This document shows, one piece after another, positions 34,422 to 34,758 of a stretch of DNA of 34,758 nucleotides (position 1 is its first letter; each line of letters begins with the position of its first letter). The stretch spans positions 1-34,758 of the forward strand of contig JAUCBJ010003125.1 in NCBI GenBank assembly GCA_032718475.1. Reading direction: 5' to 3'. The translations under genes and the position numbers were made by a program. A model generated the notes under the pieces. It was not told where the DNA came from. It made no database searches and worked only from the letters and a program-made list of their open reading frames with translations. The stretch comes from Nemertoderma westbladi (taxonomy: Eukaryota; Animalia; Xenacoelomorpha).

Positions 34422-34758
34422 TTAACAATGATCATCTGTTCGTGGACGTCGACACTCTAGTCCACAGGATACAACACGAAAACTACTGATAACAGAAACT
34501 AAGTGGACAGTCTGAATGAGGGCCACCAGTGTGGTTATACTGCCCATCAAGACAACCCGTTTGTTTAGGTATCTTTTAACTGGTTCGAAACAACCCTTTG
34601 TGTGGTGTTTCTTGTGCTGATAGCAGCCGGCAACGACGTCGTCAGAAGGGACCCAGACCCGCCAGACAAGTCGTTCTATCGGTAACGGGTCCTGGAAACA
34701 ACACGACTCGGGCCACTGCATACGATCGTCCTGACCTCAGATTCAGCTGGGAATTCCA
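34422..34758 (-). CDS. Tetraspanin-like gene, 3' coding part (runs off the window)
   Basis: PESCC...C...KGCFEPVKRYL then hydrophobic LMGSITTLVALIQ..LVSVI (EC2 loop end + TM4) and a Cys-containing tail. Apparent +1 base near 34713. Confidence 0.7.

Overview
AT-rich, intron-containing animal (probably invertebrate) genomic DNA, dominated by nested mobile elements. Host genes are an SLC18B1-like MFS transporter (+; coding exons 20223-20529, 21240-22143, 32933-33234, with a +1 G in the last exon), a near-identical intact copy of that last exon at 13644-13944, and the 3' part of a convergent tetraspanin-like gene at the right edge. Mobile DNA includes a CACTA/EnSpm-type non-autonomous element (468-5877) carrying a 5'-truncated LINE, a decayed RTE fragment, a CR1-type LINE whose ORF1 runs in frame into the endonuclease through a 30-bp VNTR, a tRNA/Deu-domain SINE, and a full-length two-ORF LINE interrupted by a hAT MITE. 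A 3.85-kb array of 36-bp repeats lies upstream of the transporter. Three signals are not shown by the ORF track: (1) a minimal type I hammerhead ribozyme in a ~200-bp TSD-flanked insertion just behind the upstream transporter exon; (2) an antisense alpha-kinase pseudogene split by the full-length LINE inside the transporter intron; (3) many TA-CWG-TA and TA-GGCC-TA motifs that look like transposon excision footprints. All family and clade calls come from motif recognition by eye; no searches were run.
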